Source: an uncultured Gemmatimonadaceae bacterium (GTDB lineage: Bacteria; Gemmatimonadota; Gemmatimonadetes; Gemmatimonadales; Gemmatimonadaceae). Taken from it: a stretch of DNA of 64,000 nt. A program made the position numbers and the translations under genes. The stretch spans positions 64,001-128,000 of the forward strand of contig CAWHHI010000016.1 of assembly GCA_963829055.1 (NCBI GenBank), given 5' to 3'. Positions 10,557-21,109 of this stretch are shown piece by piece; position 1 is the first letter of the stretch, and each line of letters opens with the position of its first letter. The notes beneath the pieces are model-generated. The model made no database searches, was not told the DNA's origin, and worked only from the letters and a program-made list of their open reading frames with translations.

Positions 10557-11342
10557 TCTTTTCTCAAACGCCGCGATCGCGTTGCGTGTGAAGTCCGAAA
10601 GGACGAGCGTGCCGCTCATCGCGGCGCGTTCTTCGAGCAGCCGGTCCCAGTTGTCCGTGCCTTCCCAGAGCGCCTGCTTGAGCTGCGTGATCGCGTCCGG
10701 GTTGTACGTCGCGAGCTTGTGCGAGACCGTGCCTAACACCTGATCCAGCGCGGGGAGGTTGTCGCAGATCCGCGTGTAGAGCCCGCGCGCGAGGCACCAC
10801 GCGGCGTCTCTCCAGTCCGCGTCGAGCGCGAACGCGGAGAAAGGCCCCGGCCCGATCTTCCGCTCGATGACCGGCCCGACGACGAACGGCCCGATGCCAA
10901 CGGCGAGCTCGCTCAGGCGAGCCGGCGCCTCCGGCACCGCGAGCACGTAGTCAGACGCAGCGACGATGCCGACGCCGCCGCCCACGACCTTGCCCTGCAC
11001 TCGACAGATGATCGGCTTCGGGCATCGGCGCATCGCCAGGATCACGCGCGCGAAGCCCATGAAGAATTCCTTGCCGGCCTCAGGTGAGTCGATGCGCTTG
11101 AGCTCGTCGAATGAGGCGCCGGCGCAGAACGACCCCGCGCCCTCGCTCCGGATCACGACCACGCGCGTCGCCGGGTGCTTGCTCACAGACGTGATGCGGC
11201 CGGCAATGTCATTTAGTAGGACGGCGGGGAGCGAATTACCCTTCGGGTGGTAGAAGGAGACGGTCGCGATCCCATCGGTGATCGAGCACGTGACGACGCC
11301 GGAACCGACGGCCTGCGAGCTCGCGGGAGTAGGTGTGAGCAT
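10551..11342 (-). CDS. Enoyl-CoA hydratase/isomerase family protein
   Basis: FCAGASFDEL, GKVVGGGVGIVAASD, LSELAVGIGP. Confidence 0.9.
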   Translation of the reverse strand: MLTPTPASSQAVGSGVVTCSITDGIATVSFYHPKGNSLPAVLLNDIAGRITSVSKHPATRVVVIRSEGAGSFCAGASFDELKRIDSPEAGKEFFMGFARVILAMRRCPKPIICRVQGKVVGGGVGIVAASDYVLAVPEAPARLSELAVGIGPFVVGPVIERKIGPGPFSAFALDADWRDAAWCLARGLYTRICDNLPALDQVLGTVSHKLATYNPDAITQLKQALWEGTDNWDRLLEERAAMSGTLVLSDFTRNAIAAFEKRS

Positions 11343-11425
11343 TGGCCTGCGTTACGCCTCGCTGCATCGTGGGTGGCATTGCGTTTTCGCGCTCGGATCG
11401 CGACCGGCCGGCACGCCGTTAGCCA

Positions 11426-11457
11426 TTGAAATCCAATGAGATTGGTGTTTAATACAC
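11426..11457 (+). promoter_or_regulatory. Possible sigma70 promoter/operator upstream of paaA
   Basis: AT-rich island TTGAAA-16nt-TTTAAT with short dyads ccaatgagattgg and gtgtttaatacac. Confidence 0.3.
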
Positions 11458-11566
11458 GAAAGCGACCGCCCTCGGAAGGCCACCGGTTCGAAGGTCCGGA
11501 ACGGAGCGCCGAGAGGGCTCATCTTCGCCGGAGTCGACCGTGATCGATCAGAGTCAGGAAGCCCAC

Positions 11567-12523
11567 ATGCGCGCGAATCCGACCACGGACGACGCCGCGC
11601 GGGTGGCCGAGTTCGAGGCGCGTATCGCGCAGGGCGAGTCGATCGAGCCCAAGGACTGGATGCCCGAGCGCTATCGCAAGCAGCTCGTGCGCATGATGTC
11701 CCAGCACGCGCATTCCGAGATCGTCGGCATGCTGCCCGAGGGCAACTGGATCACGCGTGCCCCGAGCCTGCGCCGGAAGATGGTGCTGCTCGCGAAGGTG
11801 CAGGATGAGGCCGGGCACGGTCTGTACATCTACTGCGGTACCGAGACGCTGGGCGTAGGCCGCGAAGAGCTCGTCGATCAGCTGCTGACGGGCAAAGCGA
11901 AGTACTCGAGCATCTTCAACTACCCGACGCTCACGTGGGCTGACATTGGTGTGATCGGCTGGTTCGTCGACGGCGCGGCGATCGTCAATCAGACGATGCT
12001 CGCGAAGGCGTCGTTCGGGCCGTACGCGAGAGCGATGGTGCGGATCTGCAAGGAAGAGAACTTCCACAAGAAGCAGGGCTACGAGAGCGTCGCGACGCTC
12101 GCGGCGGGTACACCCGAGCAGCACGCGATGGTGCAGGACGCCGTGAACCGCTGGTGGTGGCCGTCGCTCATGATGTTCGGACCGAGCGACACGAATTCGC
12201 CGAACTCGGCGGAGCTCATCCGGTGGCGGGTCAAGCGCGACACGAACGACACGCTGCGCCAGCGCTTCGTGGACCTCACGGTTCCGCAGGCCCGCGCGGT
12301 CGGGCTGACGCTTCCCGATCCGGATCTCCGCTACAACGAGGAGACGGAGCATTGGGAGTTCGGCGAGATCGACTGGAAGGAATTCCAGGAGGTCATCTCG
12401 GGCAATGGGCCGTGCAACCGCGAGCGTCTCGCGGCTCGCCGGAAAGCGCATGACGAGGGCGCGTGGGTGCGCGAGGCGGCCGAGGCCTATGCCGTCAAGC
12501 GTTCGGCGGCGGACGCCGCCTAG
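11567..12523 (+). CDS. paaA: Phenylacetyl-CoA epoxidase subunit A
   Basis: [57 protein letters not shown]. Confidence 0.97.
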   Translation: MRANPTTDDAARVAEFEARIAQGESIEPKDWMPERYRKQLVRMMSQHAHSEIVGMLPEGNWITRAPSLRRKMVLLAKVQDEAGHGLYIYCGTETLGVGREELVDQLLTGKAKYSSIFNYPTLTWADIGVIGWFVDGAAIVNQTMLAKASFGPYARAMVRICKEENFHKKQGYESVATLAAGTPEQHAMVQDAVNRWWWPSLMMFGPSDTNSPNSAELIRWRVKRDTNDTLRQRFVDLTVPQARAVGLTLPDPDLRYNEETEHWEFGEIDWKEFQEVISGNGPCNRERLAARRKAHDEGAWVREAAEAYAVKRSAADAA

Positions 12524-12612
12524 CGGCGGGAACGGGAAGAGGGAACTGGGAACGGGGGCTGCCAGCTGCTTCGCTGCGCATAGCCCCCAGCCAGCATCCA
12601 CCTAACGACAGA

Positions 12613-12942
12613 ATGACAAACGATACCACGAGCTCACCGGGGTCTGTCGGCGCCTCACCCGAGACGCAGTGGGACCTCTGGGAAGTGTTCACGCAGGAAG
12701 GCCAGGGCGCGCCGCACGAGCACGCTGGAAGCGTGCACGCGACGACAGCGGAGCACGCGATGCAGAACGCGCGGGACGTGTACGCGCGGCGCGGGAAGGT
12801 CGTGAGCCTCTGGGTCGTGCCGACCGCGTCGATCGTGGCCTCTGCGCCGAGCGACGCGGGGCCGCTGTTCGACCCGGGAAACGACAAGGCGTATCGGCAC
12901 CCGCAGTTCTACAAAACGCCTCGTGGGGTGAGAGGACTGTGA
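12613..12942 (+). CDS. paaB: Phenylacetyl-CoA epoxidase subunit B
   Basis: WEVF, HAGSVHA, ARDVYARR, LWVV, DKAYRHPQFY. Confidence 0.95.
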   Translation: MTNDTTSSPGSVGASPETQWDLWEVFTQEGQGAPHEHAGSVHATTAEHAMQNARDVYARRGKVVSLWVVPTASIVASAPSDAGPLFDPGNDKAYRHPQFYKTPRGVRGL

Positions 12943-12984
12943 GCGCGAGACGGGCCGGGAACGCGGGAACATGGGAATCGGGAA

Positions 12985-13807
12985 TTGGTAACCGAACTGC
13001 CGGCTGACAGCTGGGTCGCGGGCGCGCGGCCGACGACCGCCACGTCCGGCGTTACCGAGAACCCGCTCTTCGAGTACCTCCTGCGCCTCGCGGACGATCG
13101 ACTGGTCCTCGGCCACCGACTCTCGGAGTGGTGTGGCCACGGCCCGATTCTCGAGGAGGACATCGCGCTCGCGAACATTGCGCTCGACTTCATTGGCCAG
13201 GCGTCGATGCTGCTCAAGCTCGCTGGCGAGGTCGAAGGGAAGGGGCGAACCGACGACATGCTCGCGTACTTCCGCGACGCCATCGAGTTCCGCAACGTGC
13301 AGCTGGTCGAGCTGCCTAACGGCGATTTCGCCACGACGATCGTCCGTCAGTTCCTGTTCGACGCCTGGGACGTGCTGGTGCTCGAGCGGTCTGACGAGCG
13401 CGACGAACGAACAGCTCGCTGGGATCGCGGCCAAGGCGCTCAAGGAGGCGAAGTACCATCTTCGCCACAGCGCGGAGTGGGTGCGAATGCTTGGCGACGG
13501 AACGGTTGAGAGTCACCGTCGCGCACAGCAGGCGCTCGACGCGCTGTGGCCGTACACCACCGAGCTCTTTCTCACGGACGACATCGACCGTCAGGCCGTG
13601 GCGGCAGGTGTCGGCGTAGACGTCGAGTCGCTTCGTCCGCGGTGGCGGCAGATGGTCGAGCAGGTGTTCGGCGAGGCGACGCTGACGATCCCGAAGGACG
13701 GATTCGCGCCGCGCGGCGGACGGATGGGACGCCACACGGAGCACCTCGGCCGGATGCTGGCTGACATGCAGAGCCTCGCCCGCGCGCACCCGGGGGCAAC
13801 GTGGTGA
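12985..13807 (+). CDS. paaC: Phenylacetyl-CoA epoxidase subunit C (frameshift ~13388; start uncertain)
   Basis: [49 protein letters not shown]. Confidence 0.93.
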
Positions 13808-14301
13808 GCGTCGCCGAGTCGCGGCGCGACGAGATTCTTCGCTGGCTCGACGAGGTGAAGGATCCGGAGGTGCCGGTGCTGAGCATCCGCGAGCTGGGTG
13901 TGCTGCGCGATGTGGAGGTGTCCGACGACGGCGTGGTGGTCGTGATGACACCGACGTACTCCGGCTGCCCCGCCATGCACGCGATGGAGACCGAGGTCGT
14001 GCAGACGCTCGCGAGCCACGGCGTGCCTAACGCGCGCGTCAGGACGGTGTACTCGCCGGCCTGGACGACCGACTGGATGTCGGACGAGGCGAAGGCGAAG
14101 CTCGAAGCGTACGGTATCGCCGCGCCCGATCGATTGGAGTCGGACGATCTCGTGCCGCTGCGTCGACGCGTGGCGGTGCGGTGCCCGTACTGCCAGTCGG
14201 TGAACACGATCATGCGCAGCGAATTCGGATCGACGGCGTGTAAGGCGATCCTGTTCTGCAACAGCTGCCACCAACCCTTCGAGCAATTCAAGGCCATCTG
14301 A
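13804..14301 (+). CDS. paaD: Phenylacetyl-CoA epoxidase subunit D
   Basis: DPEVPVLSI, TPTYSGCPA, PAWTTDW, CPYC...FGSTACKA, CHQPFEQFK. Confidence 0.95.
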   Translation: MSVAESRRDEILRWLDEVKDPEVPVLSIRELGVLRDVEVSDDGVVVVMTPTYSGCPAMHAMETEVVQTLASHGVPNARVRTVYSPAWTTDWMSDEAKAKLEAYGIAAPDRLESDDLVPLRRRVAVRCPYCQSVNTIMRSEFGSTACKAILFCNSCHQPFEQFKAI

Positions 14302-14325
14302 ATGGGCACGCGGAGGCGTCCGATC

Positions 14326-14893
14326 ATGCGCCCACCAACGAGAGTGCCTAACGGGCTCAGGGTAGTGGCGGCCCTCTCGATCGCCACTGGCGTTGCGGCG
14401 TGTTCCGGTGGCGAGCGCTCTCGTGCGTCCGACTCGGCGACGAAATCGGTGGAGGCCGTACCGCCGTCACCGACCTCCGGGGCGGCGTCCAGGCCCGCGG
14501 GTGACAGCGTCGGCATCATCAACCGCACCGGTGCCGTGCTGCTGTCCGTCGCGCGCGACTCCGTGTCGATGGGATTCTCGCCGGCAACGATCGCCAAGGT
14601 CCGACGTGAGACGGATACGACGGGAAGCGGCTCGGGATTCGGTGCGATGATCGAACGCACCGTCAAGTCCGGCGTGCAGACGATGCTCTCGACGCGCATC
14701 ATGGTCCCGCTCGCGGACATCGAGAACGTGCGGTACGAGGACGGCACCATCAAGTTCGACTATCGCACGCGCGCCGCGAGGCATGAAGCTCGAGGATATC
14801 AAGATCGACAACGAACCGGCGCTGCAGTCGTTCCGCGAGGAAGACGCGAGGACGTTCGTCAGCGCGGTTCAGGCACGGCTGCCAGCGAGGTAG
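14326..14893 (+). CDS. Hypothetical lipoprotein (frameshift ~14775)
   Basis: GGAGG RBS; lipobox VAAC; second frame continues MKLEDIKIDNEPALQSF...*. Confidence 0.65.
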
Positions 14894-14923
14894 CGCCTCC
14901 GCGGTCCTCGCTCCGGCCTCGCC

Positions 14924-15625
14924 TCACAAGGTTCGCGCACGCTCGATCTCCGCGAGGTTCGGCAGCAGCTTCGCCTCATCGAGCAGCGAGACGATCCGCT
15001 TTCTGATCGAGCGGAGCAGCGGCAGCCGCGCAATCTTGAACGTTGCCACGATCAGGCCAATCGCCCCGGTTGAAAGCGCCACCGTGCGCCGGCCGTTAGG
15101 CGACCGGTCGTGAAGGAAGAATAGCAACAGGCCCATGTGAAGCGCCCACAGCGCGACTGGAGCGAGTCGTGCGACGTCTTCGGGGAGATGCTCGTCGCCG
15201 AGCGCAATGGAGAACGCCGCCATGCTTTCGAGCCGGTGCTGGCGCAGCGGTGCGCCAAAGAATGAAAGCGGGTGCGTCGGATCGCCAGCGTAGCGGAGCA
15301 GGGCCCCCATGAGCGGCCGGTCGTCGCGGAGGATCTCGATCTTGCTGTGCAGCGCGATGGCGAGCCTGGCGGCGAGCGGTTTGTCGTTGGTCGCCTCGTT
15401 CGCGACCCGCCGGGTGTGCTCCTTCGAGACGCGATCGTAGTACGCGAGCACGATGGCGTCCTTGCTGGGGAAGTAGTGATACGCGGCGCCGAGCGACATC
15501 TCCGCGGCGGCGGCAATATCGCGCATCGTGGTCGCGTCGAACCCCCGGCTCCGAAAAAGCGTTAGGGCGGCGTTGTAGATGCGGTCTCGGGTGTCTTCGC
15601 CCTTCGCGGTGACTGTTTTGAACAT
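14924..15625 (-). CDS. TetR/AcrR family transcriptional regulator
   Basis: TRDRIYNAALTLF..GFDATTMRDIA...SLGAAYHYFPSKD helix-turn-helix. Confidence 0.92.
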   Translation of the reverse strand: MFKTVTAKGEDTRDRIYNAALTLFRSRGFDATTMRDIAAAAEMSLGAAYHYFPSKDAIVLAYYDRVSKEHTRRVANEATNDKPLAARLAIALHSKIEILRDDRPLMGALLRYAGDPTHPLSFFGAPLRQHRLESMAAFSIALGDEHLPEDVARLAPVALWALHMGLLLFFLHDRSPNGRRTVALSTGAIGLIVATFKIARLPLLRSIRKRIVSLLDEAKLLPNLAEIERARTL

Positions 15626-15725
15626 GTTCAATATCGGAACGGCCGGATCATTCGTCAAGAGCCAATGTTGAACATGTTCAAGACATGAATTGAACGTGTT
15701 CAACTCAGTCTTTGAACACGTTCAA
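15618..15725. promoter_or_regulatory. Four 14-bp palindromic operators TTGAACRYGTTCAA
   Basis: Copies at 15618, 15668, 15690 and 15712; the first overlaps the TetR start codon. Confidence 0.85.
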
Positions 15726-15792
15726 TAACATGAGGCACGCGTCGCGTTGCATCACGGGAATGATTGGCGCCACGCTGCGGCGTTTAGATGGT

Positions 15793-16316
15793 GGCGCCGG
15801 GGTCGGTGAGAACTACGATGGCGCGGATGACGCAGAAACGGCCGGATCGACCAACCTGGCTACCCAGCGCACATTGGCTGGCGTCGACGAGAACTCACCG
15901 CGAAGGTGATTGGCGCGTTCTACGACGGTGTACAACACGCTCGGCTATGGATTTCGCGAAGTCCGTGTACACGCGCGCACTGGCGCTGGAACTGCGGCGG
16001 CGAGGCTTGCGCGTAGAGCGCGAGGTGTGGATCGCCGTGTACTACAAAGGCGAAGTCAGGTCGGCTCGCTATCGCATCGACATGCTGGTCGAAGGCTGCG
16101 TTGTGCTGGAGATCAAGGCGACAGTCGCACTGGCGCCAAGCGATCGGGACCAACTCCTGAATTACCTTCGCGGTAGCCGTCTCGAGGTCGGACTGCTCCT
16201 GCATTTCGGACCGCGCCCAACCTTCCAGCGCGTCGTCGCCGAGAACGCCCGATCGTGCAGATCCGGCCGTTTCCGCGTCTTCCGCGCCATCGCAGTTCCC
16301 ACCGGCCCCGGAGCGA
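15793..16316. mobile_element. Putative element: GxxExxY gene bounded by ~55-bp inverted repeats (family D)
   Basis: Left gcgccggggtcggtgagaactacgatggcgcggatgacgcagaaacggccggatc; the right arm at 16259-16316 is its near reverse complement. Confidence 0.65.
15874..16257 (+). pseudogene. GxxExxY (PD-(D/E)XK-like) protein with several frameshifts; ends approximate
   Basis: Joined frames give ELTAKVIGAFYD-VYNTLGYGFRE-SVYTRAL...RIDMLVEG..VLEIKA...QLLNYLRGSRLEVGLLLHFG. Confidence 0.82.
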
Positions 16317-16326
16317 TGAGCTGGCC

Positions 16327-18459
16327 TCAGGTGGAGAGCAGCGCCGCAATCCGATCCGCGATTCGGTCCGCGTCCGGGAGCACGGCCTCGAGCAGCGACG
16401 GGTGATAGGGCATCGGCACATCCGCGACCGCCAGACGGTCCACCGGAGCATCCAAAGCCCAGAAAGCCTCACGCCCCACCACCGCCGCGATCTCGGCACC
16501 GAAGCCCGCCGTGATCGTGTCCTCGTGCACGATCAGGCAGCGCGACGTTTTCCGCACCGAATCGAGCACCGCCTCGCGGTCCCACGGCGCAACGGTCCGC
16601 AGATCGAAGAGCTCCACCACGCCGTCGCCGAAGCGCGCGGCCGCTTCGGCGCAGCGGTGCACCATCGCGCCCCAGCTCACCACCGTGATGTCCTTGCCCT
16701 CGCGCAGGCGCGCGGCCCTGCCGAACGGCAACACGTAGTCGTCGCCGGGATAGCGCGCGCTGCCGTCGCTCGTCATGAGCAGCGATCGGTGCTCGAAGAA
16801 GATCGTCGGATTGCGACTGCGCATCGCCGCTCGCAGGAGCCCGACGGCGTCCGCCGCGTTCGACGGGATCGCCACCTGCCAGCCTAACGCGTGCGCCCAC
16901 GTCACCTCGGCGCTCAACGAGTGCCACGGGTCGCCGACGTCCTTGCCGTACCCGCCCGGCATCCGCACGACGATCGGCGCGCAGAAGCGGTTCGCCGTGC
17001 GCCAGCGCATCGTGCCGCAGTTGTTGAGCTGCTCGTGTGCGGGGTCCGCGTACTTGCGGAACTGGATCTCGGCAACGGGGACGAGGCCGGCGATGGCCAT
17101 GCCGACGGCACGGCCAATGATGCCTTCCTCGGACAGGCTCGTGTCGAACACGCGAGCGGCGCCGAACTGCTTCTGCAGGCCCTCGGTCACGAGGTGCACG
17201 CCGCCCTTCACGCCCACGTCCTCGCCGAACACCGCGACTTTCGGATTTCGCTCGAGCTCGGAGCGCAGCGTGCGCTTGATCGCCTCCGCGAATCGCACGA
17301 CCTCGCCGCTGTCGCTCGGGACGTCGGTTCCACCGAGCGCGTCACGCTCCTCGTCGGAGAGACCGCCTAACGGCACAGTGTCGCCCGGCTGGACGGGCTC
17401 CTCGTATACGAAGCGATGAATCGTCGCGGGGTCAGGCGCCGGACGCGCACGCGCGCCGTCCAGTCCCCGCTTCACGTCGCGCGCGACTTCTGCCTCCAGA
17501 TCAGCCCAGTCCGCCTGGTTCATGAACTCCGGCACCAGGTGCTCCCGGAGACGCGGAAGCGGATCGCGCGCGCTGTCGGCGGCGATCTCGGCTTCGGTGC
17601 GGTAGCCCTTCTGGTTGTCTGGCCCCGAGTGGGAGGAGAGCCGGGGGACCGTGAGGTGAATCAGGGCGGGGCCGACGCCGGAGCGGACGTGATCCACCGC
17701 ATCGCCTAACAACCGCGCCGACTCGTCAGGATCGCACCCGTCGCCATCGCGGATGAGCAGGTTGGCAAAAGACGCCAGGTTCCGCGCGATGTTGCCGCCC
17801 GGAGTCTGCATCTCACCCTTGACCGAGATGCCGAGTCCGTTGTCCTCGATGTAAAACAGCATCGGGAGCTTCAGCGTCGTCGCCATCGTGAGCGCGGACC
17901 AGAAGCCGTTCGTCGCCACCGACGCTTCGCCACCAAGAGCAACCGCTATCGCGCCGCGGTATGACGCGTCGCCGAGCACGTCGCGATGATACGTGATGGC
18001 CTGGGCCCAGCCGGCGGCGGGCGTGTACTGCGATCCTACGTCGCCGGACATCGGCAGGACGACGGTGCCGTTGCGGTTAGGCAGGTTGCAGACGACACCG
18101 ATATCGCGGCCATCGCTGAATCCGCCGGAGCGACCGAGCGGGCTGGCGAGCGCGTCCTCGATCGAGAGGCCGATGGAGAGCAACAGCGGGCGCGATCGGT
18201 AGTACGCTCCGACGCCATCGTGCGCGTGGTCGAGCATCGATCCCAGAATCGTCTGCGCCACGTCGTGGCCGCGCGCCGAGAACTGGTAGAGCACGAGGTG
18301 CTCGCGCGGGACGGTCGCCCGGTTGCGATTCGTCGTCTCCTCGGCGTCATCGAGCGCGCGCGAGACGAGCGAGTTGTACGCGATGGCGCGCCAATCGATG
18401 GAACGACTGGTCGCCTTGGGACGAGCGGATTTGGCCTTGGCAGGGGAGCGAACGGGCAT
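16327..18459 (-). CDS. Fused E1 alpha/beta 2-oxoacid dehydrogenase (TPP-dependent)
   Basis: IEDNGLGIS, RLSSHS, FGEDVG..GGV, VFDTSLSEEGIIG, AEIQF, FFEHR, DLRTVAPWD. Confidence 0.9.
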   Translation of the reverse strand: MPVRSPAKAKSARPKATSRSIDWRAIAYNSLVSRALDDAEETTNRNRATVPREHLVLYQFSARGHDVAQTILGSMLDHAHDGVGAYYRSRPLLLSIGLSIEDALASPLGRSGGFSDGRDIGVVCNLPNRNGTVVLPMSGDVGSQYTPAAGWAQAITYHRDVLGDASYRGAIAVALGGEASVATNGFWSALTMATTLKLPMLFYIEDNGLGISVKGEMQTPGGNIARNLASFANLLIRDGDGCDPDESARLLGDAVDHVRSGVGPALIHLTVPRLSSHSGPDNQKGYRTEAEIAADSARDPLPRLREHLVPEFMNQADWADLEAEVARDVKRGLDGARARPAPDPATIHRFVYEEPVQPGDTVPLGGLSDEERDALGGTDVPSDSGEVVRFAEAIKRTLRSELERNPKVAVFGEDVGVKGGVHLVTEGLQKQFGAARVFDTSLSEEGIIGRAVGMAIAGLVPVAEIQFRKYADPAHEQLNNCGTMRWRTANRFCAPIVVRMPGGYGKDVGDPWHSLSAEVTWAHALGWQVAIPSNAADAVGLLRAAMRSRNPTIFFEHRSLLMTSDGSARYPGDDYVLPFGRAARLREGKDITVVSWGAMVHRCAEAAARFGDGVVELFDLRTVAPWDREAVLDSVRKTSRCLIVHEDTITAGFGAEIAAVVGREAFWALDAPVDRLAVADVPMPYHPSLLEAVLPDADRIADRIAALLST

Positions 18460-18489
18460 GCGGGGAAATTAGCTGGGAGACCGATACGG

Positions 18490-18525
18490 CGGGAACAGGG
18501 AACAGGGAACGGGGAACCGGGAACA
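18490..18525 (+). repeat. Tandem heptamer (GGGAACA)n; related tracts at 12527-12560 and 12955-12990
   Basis: gggaacagggaacagggaacggggaaccgggaac. Confidence 0.7.
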
Positions 18526-18694
18526 CCAGCGGCAGCTGGTGGCTGGTCGCTCGTGCTGGTCGCTGGTCGTGGCCGGTCGTTCCGACCTGTAGTGGTGCTT
18601 CGGATAGACGGCGTGCAGCTTTGCTGGCGATTCGCAACCGCGACCGGCCTACCCCTGACGCGCGAGAGGCGCGGCTGCGATGGATCTGAACGAA

Positions 18695-20999
18695 ATGCAA
18701 CCGAATCGTCGACAAATCCTACGTCGCGCGCTACCACTCGCTGCGGTCGTCGCGTGTGCCGCAGCGTACACCGGCACGATTGGCAGAGCGGACGCCGGAC
18801 CAGCTGGCGCGGTCGCGCCGGACTCCGCGCTGCTCCAGCGCATGCTGAACGCCGAGGATTCCCGCGTAAGTGACTCCGCGTCCCTCGCGCCGCTGTTCGA
18901 GGGAATGCGCAGCGCCGACGTCACGACGCGCCGCATCGCCACGCGGGCGATCGGGCGGCTCGAGCGCAGCGACTACATGAGCGTCCTCGAGCCGATGCTC
19001 ACCGACCCGTCGCCTGCCGTTCGCGCCGAGGCGGTGAACGCGTTAGCGCAGATCGCGCGCGCGAGCGTCGTGAATGCGCCGGCCAGCGACGAGTCGCGCA
19101 TGCGCCTCGCCATGAGTGCGCAGGGATTGATTCGCGGTCTGCTCGCTGGCGAGAGCGATCCAGTCGTTCGAGGCAGCATAGCGCGTTCGCTGGGGCGACT
19201 CCCATACCCGAGCGAGGAAGTCGCTCGTGCCGCGGCTGAGTCGATCGCGTCGATCACGGATGGGATGCCAAGCGACGGCGCGCTGGCCCGCGAACCGTGG
19301 TTCGGCGTGGTGCACGGGATCGACGACCTTCTCCGTCGCTTTCCCGGAGTACGCACCGCGCCGGCGGTACAGCGCATCGCGGCGCTGCCTCGCGTTCCCA
19401 CCGTCGCGAACGCCGGTTCTACGGGCTCCACGAGCGACAGCGGATGGTCGCGAGAGACGAACGTCATGCTCGCGGCCGTTCGGGGACGAGTCCTCGGCGC
19501 CGCGGTCGGCACGGCGAAGGCCGTCGATGAGGCGACGGCACGCAGCGTCGGCGCGCGTTTCCTCAGCGATTTCGGCGACGCCGATCCGCAGGTTCGACGT
19601 CAGGTCGTGGCCCTGCTCGCGGTCGCGGGGGCCGTTGATGAGTCGTCCCGTGCACGAGTCGTGACCGCCGCGCTCGGCGATCCATCGTTCAGCGTGCGAT
19701 TCGAGGCCGTTCGTGCGTACGCGCGGCGGCACAGTACCGGGTGTGCGCCGCTCATCACGGCGACCCGCGACGCGAGTGCGCACGTGGCCATCGCCGCGAT
19801 CGATGCACTGGCAACGCCGTGCGACTCGTCCGGCGCGGCTGTTGTTCGGCTCGCGCAGCTCGTGCGAGACCTTCCCCGTACGGCGACAGCGCGTTCAGGA
19901 ACGCGGGGAAGTTGGCACGCCGGCGCCCACGCGCTCGTCGCCCTCGCGCAGCTGGCGCCGGATTCGGCGCGCGCGTCAGCGTCGCGCCTCGCGAGCCATC
20001 CGGTGTGGCAGGTTCGCATGTACGCGGCTCGCGCGGCGGGTGAGCTCGTAGACACCGTCACGCTCGCGAAGCTCGCGAGCGACACGACGGACAACGTGCG
20101 AGACGCCGCGGTCAACGCACTTGCGGCGTTGATTCGGCCGCCGCGCGGCACCAACAACCGTCCACGGATCGAGCGGACTGAGAAGATCGACTCGCTCTTC
20201 ACCGCGCAGTTGGCGCACACGGATCATCAGCTCGTGCTGGATGCCGCGAGGGCGCTCGAGGGCGGTCGATCGTCGGCGAAGCTGGCGGACGCTCTGTTCG
20301 CATCGCTCGCCCGGCTCACGGCGCGGCAGAGTGAAAACTCGCGCGATCCGCGAATGGAGTTGCTCGCGCGCATCGAGACCATGGTGGAGGGCAGCAACCA
20401 CGCGCTCGCGCATCCAGCCGTACCTGAGCGACTACGATCCGGCAATCGCGGAACGGGCCGCGCAGCTCCTTCGGAAGTGGGGCGTGCCGACGGCCGCGGC
20501 CACGCCGCGTCGGTTTCAACCCATGCCGGTCTCGCTCTCGGAGATGGGTCGACTGCGGAACGCGCGCCTGCGCGTCACCATGGCGCCCGAATCTGGCGGT
20601 GGGTCGTTCGAGATGCGGCTGCTCGTCGACGATGCACCCGCGAGCGTGAATCGCCTCGTCACGCTGGCGCGCATGGGCTACTACAACAAGCTCACGTTCC
20701 ATCGGGTGGAGACGAACTTCGTGATCCAGGGCGGCAGCCCCGGCGCGAACGAATACGTCGGCGCGCAACGCTTCATGCGCGACGAGCTCGGGCTCCCTTC
20801 GCACGAGCGTGGCACGGTCGGGATCTCGACTCGCGGGCGCGACACGGGCGACGCGCAGATCTTCGTGAACCTCATCGACAACTGGCGCCTCGATCACGAT
20901 TACACCGTGCTCGCGGACGTGGTGCGCGGGATGGACGTGGTGGACGCAATCCTGGAAGGCGACGTGATCGCGCGCATGGAGATCGTCGGGGGGCGCTGA
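18695..20999 (+). CDS. Secreted HEAT-repeat protein with C-terminal cyclophilin PPIase domain (frameshift ~20410)
   Basis: DPSPAVRAEAVNAL-type repeats; FHRVETNFVIQGG, RGTVGISTRGRDTGDAQIF. Confidence 0.85.
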
Positions 21000-21109
21000 A
21001 CCAGGCTCGGTGGTGTGTGGTGGCGGTCGTGAGCGACTAGCTTTCGCGCGTCCGTGCGAGCGGCGCACGGGGTAGTAACGTCGCCCTCATGATTTCGGTC
21101 CGGACCTCC

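Noticed and set aside
18695..20999. HEAT-cyclophilin fusion as a novel architecture
   Set aside because: This domain combination is already familiar in bacterial genomes
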